From: Pirellulales bacterium
GTDB taxonomy: Bacteria; Planctomycetota; Planctomycetia; Pirellulales; JACPPG01
DNA: 64,000 nt
Direction of reading: 5' to 3'
NCBI GenBank assembly: GCA_035546535.1
Contig: DASZWQ010000098.1
Span: forward strand, 3,964 to 67,963
The translations under genes were made by a program, and so were the position numbers. The notes beneath the pieces are model-generated. The model made no database searches and was not told the origin of the DNA. It saw only the letters and a list, made by a program, of their open reading frames with translations. Shown in pieces: positions 44,668-55,520 of this stretch (the stretch's first letter is position 1; each line of letters begins with the position of its first letter).

Positions 44668-46194
44668 TCAATCCAGCTCCGGCGGCAGGGCGCCGTACGT
44701 CCAAGGCTTGCCGGTAAAGGCCGGCAGCGGCGCCGGCTGCGGCACGGCCCCCGGAGTCAGTCGGCCCACGAGATCGATCGCGGTCGTAGCGATCTTGCGT
44801 CCGGCGGTCGGCTCAAGATTGCTGTAGCTCGTGAGCCGCGTCTCGTATCCGCCACCGTGCGGACCGAGCGCCTCTTCCGTGGGCACATAGCCGACGCAAT
44901 CATTGGCCAGCGATACGGGAAAGGTGAACGGGAACCGGCTGCCGGCTTTGATATCGAGGCCATACTGACAAAAGTATTCCGCCGGGCAGGAGACAAACAC
45001 CGCTGGACCGAGTTGGATGGCCTGCACTTCGACCGGTGCGACCGGTTCGCGCTTTAGCCGTGCATCGAGCAGCACGATCTCCTTGGCGAACGTCCATTCC
45101 GTGGCGTCGACCTTCTGCGGATCCTGCGACGCAATCTCGAGCGCGCGCTTCAAACGCTCGGGCCGCGGACGTCGGCGCGGGATCTCGAGCGTGCGCGTTT
45201 CGAAAGCGACGGGCACGAGCGACCCTGCTCCTTGCTCCATCGCCAGCAGCACCTTCAGTGCCTCGGCTCCCACGCGTCCGCCGACAAAACGTGCCGCGAC
45301 CTCGCCGAATTGCTTGATCGCGAATGGGCTGCGGTTGTCGACCTGCGTCACGTCCCCGGCCATGCCCGGCACGAAGACCACGATCGCTTCGTCTCCCATC
45401 AGCCCGCGAATCGTCTTCTCGATGTAGTAGATGTAGTCGGCCGAGATGCCGCCGGGCCCGGTCGTGGCGTGGCAGCAGAAATTGACGATGCAGCCCAGGA
45501 GTTTGCCTTCATTGTTCCACGCGCCGATCACGCCGACTTGCGGATCGGTGGGGCCGGCTGGTTCGAGGATATCGGGATTGCCCTGTCCGGGATGGGTCAT
45601 GGTCAGGCCGCCGGCCATGCGAAAGCGGCGGTTGAAGGCGACCTTGTCTTCCAGGCCCGCGCCTGCGCCGTAGCGTGCAGCGACCTTGTGACTGTCGGCC
45701 TCGACCACCGCGGCGATGATCGCCTGCTCGACTTGGGCCAGGTATTTCGCGTCGGCGATCGACGATTTGTCATACGCCAATGATTTCACCAGGTCCGAAT
45801 CCTGGTCGAACTCGCCGGGCAGGATCATGCCGGTCGGCCCGGCCGAGTGCGAATGCGACGCCGCGATCATGATGGCCTCGGGCGCGATGCCGCACTGCGC
45901 GTGAATTTCTCTGCGCGCGGCGGTGACCGTGGGACGGCGAATCAGCAGCGCATCGATGCCGACGATTGCCACGCGCTTCGTGCCATCGTCAAACACACTC
46001 GCGCGCACTTTGCAGGCGTCGTGCTTCGTGCGGTGATACGCCTTGCCGTAGCCGCCGGGCTGTTCCATTCCCAATTCGGGCGTGATATCGCGTTCGGCGA
46101 AGCCAGCCTTGAAAGTCGGCGCTTCGGCAGAAATGGCCGCTTCGACGGGCGAGAGCAGGATCGTCAGCAGCAGACCGAGCGTGATTCGCGGCAT
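44668..46194 (-). CDS. Neutral/alkaline ceramidase-like N-terminal domain protein (secreted hydrolase)
   Basis: Signal peptide. ..AGFAERDITPELGM..ACKVRASVFDDGTKRVAIVGIDALLI..IMIAASHSHSAG.. resembles the ceramidase_alk family. The second ATG (46194) has GGGAG upstream. Confidence 0.55.
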   Translation of the reverse strand: MPRITLGLLLTILLSPVEAAISAEAPTFKAGFAERDITPELGMEQPGGYGKAYHRTKHDACKVRASVFDDGTKRVAIVGIDALLIRRPTVTAARREIHAQCGIAPEAIMIAASHSHSAGPTGMILPGEFDQDSDLVKSLAYDKSSIADAKYLAQVEQAIIAAVVEADSHKVAARYGAGAGLEDKVAFNRRFRMAGGLTMTHPGQGNPDILEPAGPTDPQVGVIGAWNNEGKLLGCIVNFCCHATTGPGGISADYIYYIEKTIRGLMGDEAIVVFVPGMAGDVTQVDNRSPFAIKQFGEVAARFVGGRVGAEALKVLLAMEQGAGSLVPVAFETRTLEIPRRRPRPERLKRALEIASQDPQKVDATEWTFAKEIVLLDARLKREPVAPVEVQAIQLGPAVFVSCPAEYFCQYGLDIKAGSRFPFTFPVSLANDCVGYVPTEEALGPHGGGYETRLTSYSNLEPTAGRKIATTAIDLVGRLTPGAVPQPAPLPAFTGKPWTYGALPPELD

Positions 46195-46215
46195 CGAAAT
46201 GACTCCCATGGATGA

Positions 46216-49200
46216 TTACGGATTTTGCGCTGCGGCCGGTTGCTGTCGATCGGCGATCGACGATTCTCCCTTAAGATACGCGAGCAGGTCGGCCAACTCC
46301 TGCCGCGTCATCGCTTTTTCGAATTCCTGCGGCATGAGCGACAGTTTGCTCGATAGCAAACGTTCGACGTCGCTGCGCAGTATGGTCTCTTCCTTCCCGA
46401 GAGGTTGGCGCAGCGTGATGCTGGTCGGCGTTTCGCTCGCCAGGAGACCAGTGAGCGTGCGACCGTCGGTCGTCTCGACGATGTAAGCGCCGAAGCCGGA
46501 CGTAATCTCGTGCTCGGGAATTAACAAGTGCAGCAGGATCGTCTCTTTCGATTGATTGCGCACGCCGAACAGATCAGGCCCCACGGCAAAGCCCTCCCGG
46601 TCCAGGCGATGGCACGTCGCGCAATGCTTTCGGAACATCGCCTGCCCGTTGTCGGGCCGAGGCGTCAGGCCAACCACCGACTTGTACTCTTCATAGACCC
46701 GGCCGCGGTCCGAGGACGCGCCGACACCGAAGATCCGCTCCGCCCGAGCGCGAATTGCCGCATCGCGATGTTCGGTCAATTGCTTGCGCCGCAAGGAATT
46801 GATCGCGCCGACGGGAAAGGCACCTCCTTCCATCGCTTCCAACAGGCCGGGTATGTGTCGATCGCTGGCCAGCATCGCTGCGAGAACCTCCTCGCGCACG
46901 GCGGGCGAGTATTCCGCGAAACGGTCGGGGGCGAGCAGTTCACGGCTGATCGATGCGTCTTGCATTCCGGCCAAGGCACGGATGGCTGCCGTCTGGATCT
47001 CGTCCGGTTGCTGTGGGTGAACAAGTGCAAGCAGCGGCGGCCCGGCCGTATCAAAACCGGCGTGCGCGAGCAAATTGATCGCGATCGTGCGCTGGCTGGC
47101 GTCGACCGTCGTATCGCCCGCACGCGCTAGCGACGCGGTGAACAAGTCGGAAAGCCGTTTTCTTCCGCGCACCATCTCCGGCGAGTCGCCCGTCAATAAC
47201 TGGCCGAACAAACGCCGCTGATCCGCGCCGCGGCGCGAGAGTGCCTCGGCGATACCTGAAAGGAGGGCAGCGCGGCGCGTCACACTCTCGTCCGAATCGA
47301 GGACCTGGATGAGTAGCGCAGGCGCCGCAGCAGGCTCGAGACCCGCGCCGAGCAACCGGCCCAACGAAGCATGCAATGCGCTCAGGCCCGTGTCCGCGCG
47401 CTCGGGCAGACGCAACAGTTCGCCGAGAAACAGAGGCTCGCGGCCGGAAATCGAGCTGAGCACTGCGGCGCGCAGCCATCGGTCGAGAGCATCGTGGACG
47501 GCCAATCGTGCGAGAGCCGGAATCGGTTCTGGGCCAGGAAAAAACCCCAGAGACAGTGCCGCTTGAAAACGCACGCGCGGATCGGCGTCATCGGCTAGCC
47601 GCAGCGCTGCGTCGGCCAACATGCCCGATCGCCCGAGGCGCGGCTCGGCCAGCACGAGGGCTCGTTCGCGCACCGCTGCGTTCTCATCGGCCAGGCAACG
47701 CGCGAGGATCGCATCAGTCACTTCTCCGCACGCATCAAGGAGCGCGAGCAAGTGCGTTTTCGCGGTTGCCGGCATCGCCGCATCGGCCAGGAGCGGTGCC
47801 AGTGGCGATTGTTTCTCCACGGGCCGCTCGAGTAGCAGCCGGTGCCCCAGATCGCGCGCCCAGGCGCCGTCGGATTTCAATAGCTCCACGGCGGTGCTCG
47901 GATCGCGAGCCCATTGGGCTACTTGTTTCCGGCGCGCCGCCAGATCGTCGGGCGCGCGATCAGCGCGGACCACGCGCCAGATGCGCCCCATGCCGCGGCC
48001 GCTGTCGAAATCGGTGCGCTTGCGGATTTCGGCCGGCAGATAATCGGGATGCTCGATCGTCTTGCGATACATATCGCAGATGTACAGCGCCTCGTCGGGC
48101 CCCGAGCCCAGGAAGACCGGACGGAACCAGTTATCGCGGCTGGCCAGGAATTCGCGCCCCGGCAGGATCGGTTCGGCCGTGAACGTGGCGCCGTGCGGTT
48201 TCAGTTGATCGAAGTGAACGAGGTTGCCGGTCGGGTCGCACGAAAACGCGCCGCCGGTGTACTGCTCGGGCAGATTGCCGCCGCGCCACACGAACACGCC
48301 GCAGGCGGCGGTGAAGGTGCCCGCATGCGAATCGGCCGTGGTGATGTTGGCGCTAATCGGAAAGAGTCGCGCGCCCTGGCCATGTCCGGCCAGCGGCTCG
48401 GGCGCCAGATCGGTCGGACAGTTCTCGACGGTTTCGGAAAACGCCAGGTGTGGATTGCGCTGCAAGTATCGCGAGCTGAGTACGACGTGCTGCACCTGCA
48501 CGCGGTTGTAACAAATGAAGCGATGGCCGGCATCGTCGAAGCACAGGCCATACTGCCCGCCACCGTCGCATGTTTCGTACGCGCTTAAGTCGGGCCGAAA
48601 GCGAAAATCGGTGCGGCCGAATTTCAGCGCCGGCCGTTCGGGATGTGCCGGGCAGGTGACGCTGCCGCCGGTCAGCCCGCTGGTGACATAGACCCAGTTG
48701 TCGAGCCCGAGTGTCGGATGGCTGACGCGCAATTGCGTGCTGCCGGTGGTGGCGAATCCGGTGAACCACACGGTGCGCTCATCGGCCTGCCCGTCACCGT
48801 CGGTGTCCTTGAGATACAGAATGTCGGGCGCACAGGTCACGATCAGCCCGCCGCGCCATGGCAGGACACCATTGGGAAACGTGAGATCCGTGGCGAAATC
48901 GGTGCGGCGGTCGTAGCGGCCGTCACCATCGGTGTCGGCGAGCCGTGCAATGCGGCCCATTGGCGGCTCACCGGGTGCCGGACCAGACGGATACCCGCGA
49001 TTCTCGGCGACGTATAGATAGCCTTGTTGATCGAACGCGATCGCCACCGGGCTATCGACGAGCGGCTCGGCCGCCACGAGCTCGACGCGCAAACCTGGAG
49101 CGAGCGCGAAGCTATCGAGCGCTTGCCGCGGCGAAAGAGCGTCGGGCGGAACAGCTTCAGGCGCGGCGCGCGCAAGCGAAGCGGCGATCGAAAAACTCGC

Positions 49201-49251
49201 GAGTGCCGTTACGAAAATGAGACGGTGTTTCGAAACCTCAATGCCGTACAT
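46216..49251 (-). CDS. PVC-type heme-binding CxxCH protein (dehydrogenase-like beta-propeller + HEAT repeats + cytochrome c domain)
   Basis: 1011 aa. ..PGLRVELVAAEPLVDSPVAIAFDQQGYLYVAE.. at the N-terminus, HEAT-like repeats, and ..FRKHCATCHRLDREG.. at the C-terminus. Confidence 0.75.
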   Translation of the reverse strand: MYGIEVSKHRLIFVTALASFSIAASLARAAPEAVPPDALSPRQALDSFALAPGLRVELVAAEPLVDSPVAIAFDQQGYLYVAENRGYPSGPAPGEPPMGRIARLADTDGDGRYDRRTDFATDLTFPNGVLPWRGGLIVTCAPDILYLKDTDGDGQADERTVWFTGFATTGSTQLRVSHPTLGLDNWVYVTSGLTGGSVTCPAHPERPALKFGRTDFRFRPDLSAYETCDGGGQYGLCFDDAGHRFICYNRVQVQHVVLSSRYLQRNPHLAFSETVENCPTDLAPEPLAGHGQGARLFPISANITTADSHAGTFTAACGVFVWRGGNLPEQYTGGAFSCDPTGNLVHFDQLKPHGATFTAEPILPGREFLASRDNWFRPVFLGSGPDEALYICDMYRKTIEHPDYLPAEIRKRTDFDSGRGMGRIWRVVRADRAPDDLAARRKQVAQWARDPSTAVELLKSDGAWARDLGHRLLLERPVEKQSPLAPLLADAAMPATAKTHLLALLDACGEVTDAILARCLADENAAVRERALVLAEPRLGRSGMLADAALRLADDADPRVRFQAALSLGFFPGPEPIPALARLAVHDALDRWLRAAVLSSISGREPLFLGELLRLPERADTGLSALHASLGRLLGAGLEPAAAPALLIQVLDSDESVTRRAALLSGIAEALSRRGADQRRLFGQLLTGDSPEMVRGRKRLSDLFTASLARAGDTTVDASQRTIAINLLAHAGFDTAGPPLLALVHPQQPDEIQTAAIRALAGMQDASISRELLAPDRFAEYSPAVREEVLAAMLASDRHIPGLLEAMEGGAFPVGAINSLRRKQLTEHRDAAIRARAERIFGVGASSDRGRVYEEYKSVVGLTPRPDNGQAMFRKHCATCHRLDREGFAVGPDLFGVRNQSKETILLHLLIPEHEITSGFGAYIVETTDGRTLTGLLASETPTSITLRQPLGKEETILRSDVERLLSSKLSLMPQEFEKAMTRQELADLLAYLKGESSIADRQQPAAAQNP

Positions 49252-49388
49252 AGAAGTGTGCGACCGGTAGCTTTTCTATCAGTGCTTTATGCCGGGTTCT
49301 GCACTGGTGGGCGAGCCACCAGTGGCACCCAGCCAAGGGTTTCGAAACAGCGTACAACGAAACGCATGGTGGCAATTTGCCCGCGCGC

Positions 49389-50780
49389 CTACAACGTCCA
49401 GCCCGGTCGATAGTCGGTGTGTACGAACGCATCGAGTTCGGGAGCGTTTTTGACCTTCAAGTTCGCGCTATCCCACTCGAGTCGCTTGCCCGGCGCCCGC
49501 AGCGAGAGCACGCCGACCAGGACAATCTCGGTGAGCGGCCCCGCGTAATCGAAATTCGAAATCGGCCGTGGTCCCCCTTTGCAGGCCAGCAGCCATTCTT
49601 CGTAGTGGCCCGGCGAGCGCGCCATGGTCTTCGGTACTTGCTTGGCGGCTTCGGCCAGAGATACCGGGAGTACCTCGGGCATGCCACCGTGCGAAGAATG
49701 AAACATCTTCCCCTTGCTGCCAACGTACAGGACGCCGTTGCCGGGCAGTTGCTTGCCGGCGGGCATCTCGGCCGGCGTGGGAGGCATCAACCCTCCCTCG
49801 TACCACGTCATGCGCACCGGCGGCAGCGCTCCGCGCGCGGGAAATTCGTAGGTGATGGTCGCCGCGATCGGGTAGGTCTCGAAATTCGGTTTATCGTCGG
49901 CCAGCACCGAGCCGTCGAGCGTAGCACTCGCCTCGACCGTGGTCGGCGCGCCAAGGTTCAATGCCCACATCGGGTGATCGATGATGTGGCAGCCCATGTC
50001 CCCCAGGGCACCTGTGCCGAAATCGCGCCAGCCGCGCCAGTTGGCCGGCACATACGCTGGATGATAGGGGCGCTCGTGAATGGGGCCGAGCCACAGGTTC
50101 CAATCCAAGGTCGAGGGCACGGGGGGCGTTTCGGTCGGGCGGCCGATGCCTTGCTTCCAAAGCCGGCCCGCGCGATCGGACCAGACGTGGACTTCGCGCA
50201 CTTCGCCAATCAAGCCCGATTGAATCCACTCGTTGGTCAGTCGCGATCCCTCGCTGGCGTGCCCTTGGTTCCCCATCTGCGTGGCGACGCCGGCTTCGTG
50301 GGCGGCCTTGGTCAGTTCGCGGCATTCGCGCAGTGTGTGCGTGAGCGGCTTCTGGCAGTAGACGTGCTTGCCAGCGCGGATCGCGGCCATGGCGGCCACG
50401 GCGTGAATATGATCGGGCGTGCCAACGGTCACGGCGTCGATGTTCTTGGCTTCCTTGTCGATCAACTGGCGAAAGTCTTTGTAGCGCCGCGCCTGGGGAA
50501 AGGCTTGAAAGCTTCCGGCGGCGCGCTGGTCGTCGACGTCGCACAAGGCAACGATGTTCGCGCCGTTTTTCGCGTGCGTGGCGATGTCGCCGCCCCCCAT
50601 GCCCCCTGCACCGATGCCGGCCACGTTCACGCGCTCGCTGGGCGCCGTGAAACCGGCGCCCCCCAGTACATGCCGCGGCACGATCGTAAACCCCAGGGCG
50701 ATGCCGCCCGTGGCGGCCAGGAAATCGCGTCGCGAGCGGCTTGTCGGCAAAGTTTCTTGATTGCGTTTTTTATCAGGCAT
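49389..50780 (-). CDS. Gfo/Idh/MocA family oxidoreductase with Tat signal
   Basis: SRRDFLAATGGIALGF twin-arginine signal and Rossmann VNVAGIGAGGMGGGD. The antisense 493-aa ORF is a shadow. Confidence 0.85.
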   Translation of the reverse strand: MPDKKRNQETLPTSRSRRDFLAATGGIALGFTIVPRHVLGGAGFTAPSERVNVAGIGAGGMGGGDIATHAKNGANIVALCDVDDQRAAGSFQAFPQARRYKDFRQLIDKEAKNIDAVTVGTPDHIHAVAAMAAIRAGKHVYCQKPLTHTLRECRELTKAAHEAGVATQMGNQGHASEGSRLTNEWIQSGLIGEVREVHVWSDRAGRLWKQGIGRPTETPPVPSTLDWNLWLGPIHERPYHPAYVPANWRGWRDFGTGALGDMGCHIIDHPMWALNLGAPTTVEASATLDGSVLADDKPNFETYPIAATITYEFPARGALPPVRMTWYEGGLMPPTPAEMPAGKQLPGNGVLYVGSKGKMFHSSHGGMPEVLPVSLAEAAKQVPKTMARSPGHYEEWLLACKGGPRPISNFDYAGPLTEIVLVGVLSLRAPGKRLEWDSANLKVKNAPELDAFVHTDYRPGWTL

Positions 50781-50993
50781 GGAGTGGTCCTCAGGGAGGG
50801 CAACGGCGGGAGGAACGACGCGCTACTGTCGCCATCGGCGGGCGGGTCTGCTTTGTGACGAGCTTACCACGCCCGCTGGCGTCGAACAGCGCACCCGCGA
50901 GGGGTTTTTCGCGATTCGATGGCGCAGTCTCCGAAGCTTCGCTCGCGCGACGCGACTGAGCAAGTAACCGCCCGTCCCAGGTATCATGTTGGT

Positions 50994-51272
50994 ATGAGGC
51001 GAATTCAGTTCGATTTGGGACGATTGCTGCTTGCATTCGCATGCCTTGCCATGTCGTTTGCGGCATTCGGCTTGCTAATATCTGATTTCCGGAGTGGCTT
51101 CATTCAATCACTGACCATCGCCCTGGCCGCATGCGCTTTCTTTGGCGCAGCTATTGGCGGAATAGCTGGTCGCCCTTGGTGGGGAGCCCTCATCGGGGCC
51201 ATCCTCATTCCGGTCGCATACGCTGCCGTGGCCTTTTATCTTATAAATGCCGGCATCGTACGTTTCCCGTAG
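50994..51272 (+). CDS. Small membrane protein (92 aa)
   Basis: Three hydrophobic helices (..LLLAFACLAMSFAAFGLLI.., ..LTIALAACAFFGAAIGGIAG.., ..ALIGAILIPVAYAAVAFYLI..). Confidence 0.45.
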   Translation: MRRIQFDLGRLLLAFACLAMSFAAFGLLISDFRSGFIQSLTIALAACAFFGAAIGGIAGRPWWGALIGAILIPVAYAAVAFYLINAGIVRFP

Positions 51273-51381
51273 AAGCTGAAATTGGCCCACTTCTTCATAG
51301 GGCAACGAACTTCGACGCAGCACGGGCGACGCGATACAATCGGAGCCGGCCTATTTCCGACGGATGTGCTGGGTCAGCAAT

Positions 51382-52812
51382 ATGCGATTTTCCCGCCGCC
51401 AACATTATCCGCTCGATCGCCGCAGCTTTTTGCTGGCAGGCGGCCTGAGCTTTTTTGGCAGCAACCTCGCACACTTCTCAGCGGCCGCGGAGAGCACCGC
51501 TGCCAGCCGTGGCGCGCGGCGGCCGGCCCGCTCGACGATTCTCATCTGGCTTAGCGGCGGCGCTTCGCATATCGACACCTGGGACATGAAGCCGGACGCG
51601 CCCGAGGGCTATCGGGGACTCTTCCGACCGGTCGAGACCAGCGCGCCGGGCATTCGGTTGTGCGAGCATTTGCCTTACTTGAGCAAGCAAGCGCATCATC
51701 TGGCGATCGTGCGCTCGGTGGGGGATTATGGCCGCGGCACGGGCGACCATCACGCGGGCTATTACTACAACCTGACGGGGCACGCGCCCGATAATTCGTT
51801 CCACCGCTTGTTGAACGCGCGCACGCCGTATCCGACGGACTGGCCAACACTGGGATCGGTCGTGGCGCTGAGGCGGCCGCCGCATCCGAGTTTGCCTTCG
51901 ACCATTACGTTGCCGCAGAAAGAGGGAGCACCCGAGTTCACGAGGCCCGGACAGTTTGCCGCGCGCTTGGGGCTGGAATACGATCCGCTGTTCGTGGACG
52001 GATCGCGCGAAAAGCCGATGGATTTCGCGGTCCCCGCGCTGCAGTTGCAAGGGGACGTTACGGTCGAGCAATTGCTCGCCAAGGGCGAGCTTCTGTCGGT
52101 GATCGACAACGCGCAACGGCAATTCGAGATCGCGCCCGCGGCCGAGAACTATCGCAAGCATCAGCGCAAGGCGCTGTCGCTGTTGACCTCGCGTGAAGCC
52201 AAGGACGCGTTCAATCTGGCGGCCGAACCGCAGGCCGTGCGCGAAAAATACGGCCCGGGCATCAATGCCATGTCGATGCTGCTCGCCCGGCGCCTCGTCG
52301 AGGCGGCGGTGCCGTTTGTCACCGTATTCTGGAAGGGTGACAAGGAACTCGACACGCTTTGCAAGAGCGGTGGCGGCTGGGATACGCACGGCAATAACTT
52401 CAATTGCCTGAAGGATCGCCTGTTACCGGAGTTCGACCGGCCCTTCGCGGCGCTGCTCGATGATCTGCACGAGCGCGGCTTGCTCGACGAGACCATGGTG
52501 CTCGTCACGAGCGAAATGGGACGCAAGCCCAAGATCGGCGACCCGCGCTCGGGCGGGGCGGGGGGCGCCGGGCGCGATCACTGGACCAGTTGCATGTCGG
52601 TCCTCTTGGCCGGTGGCGGCATTCGAGGGGGCCAGGCTTACGGCAGCAGCGATCGCCGGGCGGAATTTCCGGCCGCGAAGCCGGTCGCCCCCGAAGATAT
52701 CGCCAAGACGATCTTCTGGGGCATGGGCATCGACGACCTGACGACGACCGACAAGCAAGGCCGGCCCTATAACTTGTTGGAAGAAGGCGAGCCGCTCGTC
52801 GAACTGTTTTGA
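51382..52812 (+). CDS. DUF1501 domain-containing protein (sulfatase-like, Tat signal)
   Basis: RRSFLLAGGLSFFG, ..WLSGGASHIDTWDMKPDAPEGYRG.., ..GRDHW.. are typical DUF1501 blocks. Confidence 0.85.
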   Translation: MRFSRRQHYPLDRRSFLLAGGLSFFGSNLAHFSAAAESTAASRGARRPARSTILIWLSGGASHIDTWDMKPDAPEGYRGLFRPVETSAPGIRLCEHLPYLSKQAHHLAIVRSVGDYGRGTGDHHAGYYYNLTGHAPDNSFHRLLNARTPYPTDWPTLGSVVALRRPPHPSLPSTITLPQKEGAPEFTRPGQFAARLGLEYDPLFVDGSREKPMDFAVPALQLQGDVTVEQLLAKGELLSVIDNAQRQFEIAPAAENYRKHQRKALSLLTSREAKDAFNLAAEPQAVREKYGPGINAMSMLLARRLVEAAVPFVTVFWKGDKELDTLCKSGGGWDTHGNNFNCLKDRLLPEFDRPFAALLDDLHERGLLDETMVLVTSEMGRKPKIGDPRSGGAGGAGRDHWTSCMSVLLAGGGIRGGQAYGSSDRRAEFPAAKPVAPEDIAKTIFWGMGIDDLTTTDKQGRPYNLLEEGEPLVELF

Positions 52813-52844
52813 TGGCAATTTTGAGGGCGCGCGAACGACAGCCG

Positions 52845-53600
52845 TCAATTCGCGCCCGGCCGCCCGGTCGCCCGCAGATTCTCGACAAAATGCCGGGCTT
52901 GCTGATAGTCATTGGGCGCGTAGTCGGCGATGTTCGCCTTCAGCGTTTGCAGCAAGGCCTCGCACGACTTGTTATAGGCCAGGTAACTCTCGGCGTCGCT
53001 CTGATTGCCTGAGACGCGCGTGCGATAGAGATTCTCGACCTCTTCGCGCCCCTCGATATAACGAACGTCTTGCAGAATCACGGGCCAACGGATCTTGCCG
53101 GTCTTGGGGTCGGCCTGCGTGGCATCCAACTCGTGTGGCGCGGCGTCGTGGGCGAGCTTCGTGACGTCGGCGGCCGACAATCGATCGCTCCTGGCATCGC
53201 TCGCGCGATGTGCCTGGCGCATTTGATAATAGTCGCCCGTCCAAGTGGCACGATTGTTGATGTCCGTGGAGCGGGCTTGGAGGTCATTCCTGAGCGCCTG
53301 CGAATTCTCGAGATTTCGGTAGCCCGAGGCGCGCATCATCTGGGCGGCGCCGAATTCGGCGGACGAAAGGGGCGTGCCCGCCATCCCAAAACCGCGTCCG
53401 CTGTACGATCGCCGGCCATAGCCATATCCGTAGTACGGATTCCCCCATCCATATCCGCCCCAGGCGTTGAAGCCGTAGGGATAAATCGCGCGGCGAGGAA
53501 AGAAGAATTGTGCGGATGCCGACGTGGCGCCGGCCGCAACAAACACCGTGGCCAGCACGGCCAAAAGCAGCCGACGATACGGCCAGGATGAGTCGGTCAT
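52845..53600 (-). CDS. Hypothetical secreted protein (251 aa)
   Basis: Start moved to ATG 53600. Signal peptide ..LLLAVLATVFVAAGATSASAQ and a Gly/Tyr-rich segment. Confidence 0.5.
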   Translation of the reverse strand: MTDSSWPYRRLLLAVLATVFVAAGATSASAQFFFPRRAIYPYGFNAWGGYGWGNPYYGYGYGRRSYSGRGFGMAGTPLSSAEFGAAQMMRASGYRNLENSQALRNDLQARSTDINNRATWTGDYYQMRQAHRASDARSDRLSAADVTKLAHDAAPHELDATQADPKTGKIRWPVILQDVRYIEGREEVENLYRTRVSGNQSDAESYLAYNKSCEALLQTLKANIADYAPNDYQQARHFVENLRATGRPGAN

Positions 53601-53927
53601 GGAACCGAACTCACGTAGTGGCCATGGGTCCGCTCCGGTTGGCTTTCGCCACATTGGTTTTTCTCCGCATGAAGGCGCGCGAAGCCCGTGCCCCTCACCG
53701 AAATAACCCAAAGCAGGAAACCACATTCGAGGCTGCCTCTCGGCGAACGCTCGTGCATAATGGCGTCCGGCAGAATCCGGGCGGTTGGCGCACCCGCAGT
53801 TTGCCGTTCGTTCATACTAACCGTCAGTACGCACTGCGACGAAGAGATCTCCCCTACCTGACAAAATCGACAGCAACGAGTCGTCGTTTTGGCAGCAAAT
53901 ATTGTCCGTTCGCGCACATTTGTTCCT

Positions 53928-55466
53928 ATGGCCGCCTCGAAGAAGAGAGCGCGTGCAGTTTCTTCCTCTGCCGCACCGGCGTCTCGTCCGGCGGCCCTCG
54001 CTTCGTCCGCGCGGTTGTTGGGCTTGTCGTGGCCGGTCTTTGTTGCAATCGCGATCGTCGTGTGGCTGGCGGCCTTGCTGCGAATTTGGGCGTCGCTCGA
54101 TGAATTCTGGATGGACGAGATCTGGTCGCTTTTTCAGTTTGCCGGCATAGCGCGCTCGCCTTGGGACATTTTTACTTTTCATCATGACAACAATCATTAC
54201 CTGGTCACGCTGTGGATGTATCTCTTGGGAGTAAACCAATCGGACTGGACGCTGTACCGCATACCGGCGATTGTCGCGGGCGTCGGCACCGTGATCCTTT
54301 CCGCTATCGTGGCGCGGCGCTGGGGGTCGGCGGCTACCGTCGCGGCGACGGTGCTTACCGGCAGCTCGTACATGCTTATCTGCATGGCCTCCGAAGCTCG
54401 CGGCTACGCGCTGGCCGGCTTTTTCGCGCTGGCCGCGATCCTGGCGCTCGACCGATTCTTGACGACCCGCTCGTTGCGGGCGGCTGCTCTGTTCGCGCTG
54501 GCCACGATTTTGGGGACGTTGTCGCACCTGACGTTTGTCGATGTTTATTTTGCGCTATTCGTCTGGTCGTGTGTTGTTCTCGGCAGGCGCCCTGCGACCT
54601 TGATGGAAGCGATGCGCAATTTGGCGCGGCTGCATGCCGCGCCGCTGGTGGTTTTCGGGCTTCTGTATGTCATCGACGTGCGGCGAATGAGGATTGGCGG
54701 CGGGGATGCTCGCACGTTGGAAGACGTCATCATGAGCAGCCTGGCGCTGGTCGTCGGCGGTTCGAACGCGACTCCTGCGCTGGGATGGATCTTAGGGGCC
54801 GTGGTGGTTGCCGGCGCGATCGCGGCGATCGTGCTCTTGGCGCGGAGCGGATCGGACCTGTGGATTCTGTTTGCTGCCGGCATCTTCGTGGCGCCTGCGC
54901 TACTTTTGCTTTTTCATCGTCCCGAAGTCATTTACGAGCGATACTTCTACCTCAACATTCTTTTGCTGCTGTTACTGTTGAGCTATCTGGTCGGGCGCGT
55001 GTGGCAGATTCGCATGTTTGGCCCGCTGCTCGCGAGTGCGGCTCTCGTAACCATCGTGATCGCCAACGGCTGGCAGACGAGCCAGCTTCTGCGGGTTGGG
55101 CGTGGCCACTTTCGCGACGCGCTTGCGTACATTATCGAGGCCAATCCGGATCAGCACGAAATCCATCTGGCCGGCGACGGCAAGCGCAGTCGCATGGTGC
55201 TGTACATGGAATTCTATGGACGTTATGCGCGGGATTGCCGATTCGTCATCGATGAAATCAAGCCCGGCATGCCCGAGGTCCCCGAGTGGCTGCTGATTCC
55301 CGGCGCCAAGGATACCCCTTCTCCACGCCTCTCCCCTTTTCGCGAACGCGGCGAGTACGAATTGCAGCGCATTTACTCCTGCGCGGGCTTGTCGGGCATG
55401 AATGTCGCGGTCTATCGGTGGAGGCCCGCGGACGCGCGGCGGGAGACGATTCGCCCCGCTTCCTGA
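53928..55466 (+). CDS. GT-C-type (ArnT/PMT-like) membrane glycosyltransferase candidate
   Basis: More than 10 predicted TM helices, with an early loop ..SLDEFWMDEIWSL..HHDNNHYL.. resembling GT39/GT83 acidic-loop motifs. Confidence 0.55.
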   Translation: MAASKKRARAVSSSAAPASRPAALASSARLLGLSWPVFVAIAIVVWLAALLRIWASLDEFWMDEIWSLFQFAGIARSPWDIFTFHHDNNHYLVTLWMYLLGVNQSDWTLYRIPAIVAGVGTVILSAIVARRWGSAATVAATVLTGSSYMLICMASEARGYALAGFFALAAILALDRFLTTRSLRAAALFALATILGTLSHLTFVDVYFALFVWSCVVLGRRPATLMEAMRNLARLHAAPLVVFGLLYVIDVRRMRIGGGDARTLEDVIMSSLALVVGGSNATPALGWILGAVVVAGAIAAIVLLARSGSDLWILFAAGIFVAPALLLLFHRPEVIYERYFYLNILLLLLLLSYLVGRVWQIRMFGPLLASAALVTIVIANGWQTSQLLRVGRGHFRDALAYIIEANPDQHEIHLAGDGKRSRMVLYMEFYGRYARDCRFVIDEIKPGMPEVPEWLLIPGAKDTPSPRLSPFRERGEYELQRIYSCAGLSGMNVAVYRWRPADARRETIRPAS

Positions 55467-55520
55467 TCATCTGCCGCGGCGGCGTGTGCGCCGGTTGTGT
55501 AGAACCGGGTGCAACGTCTG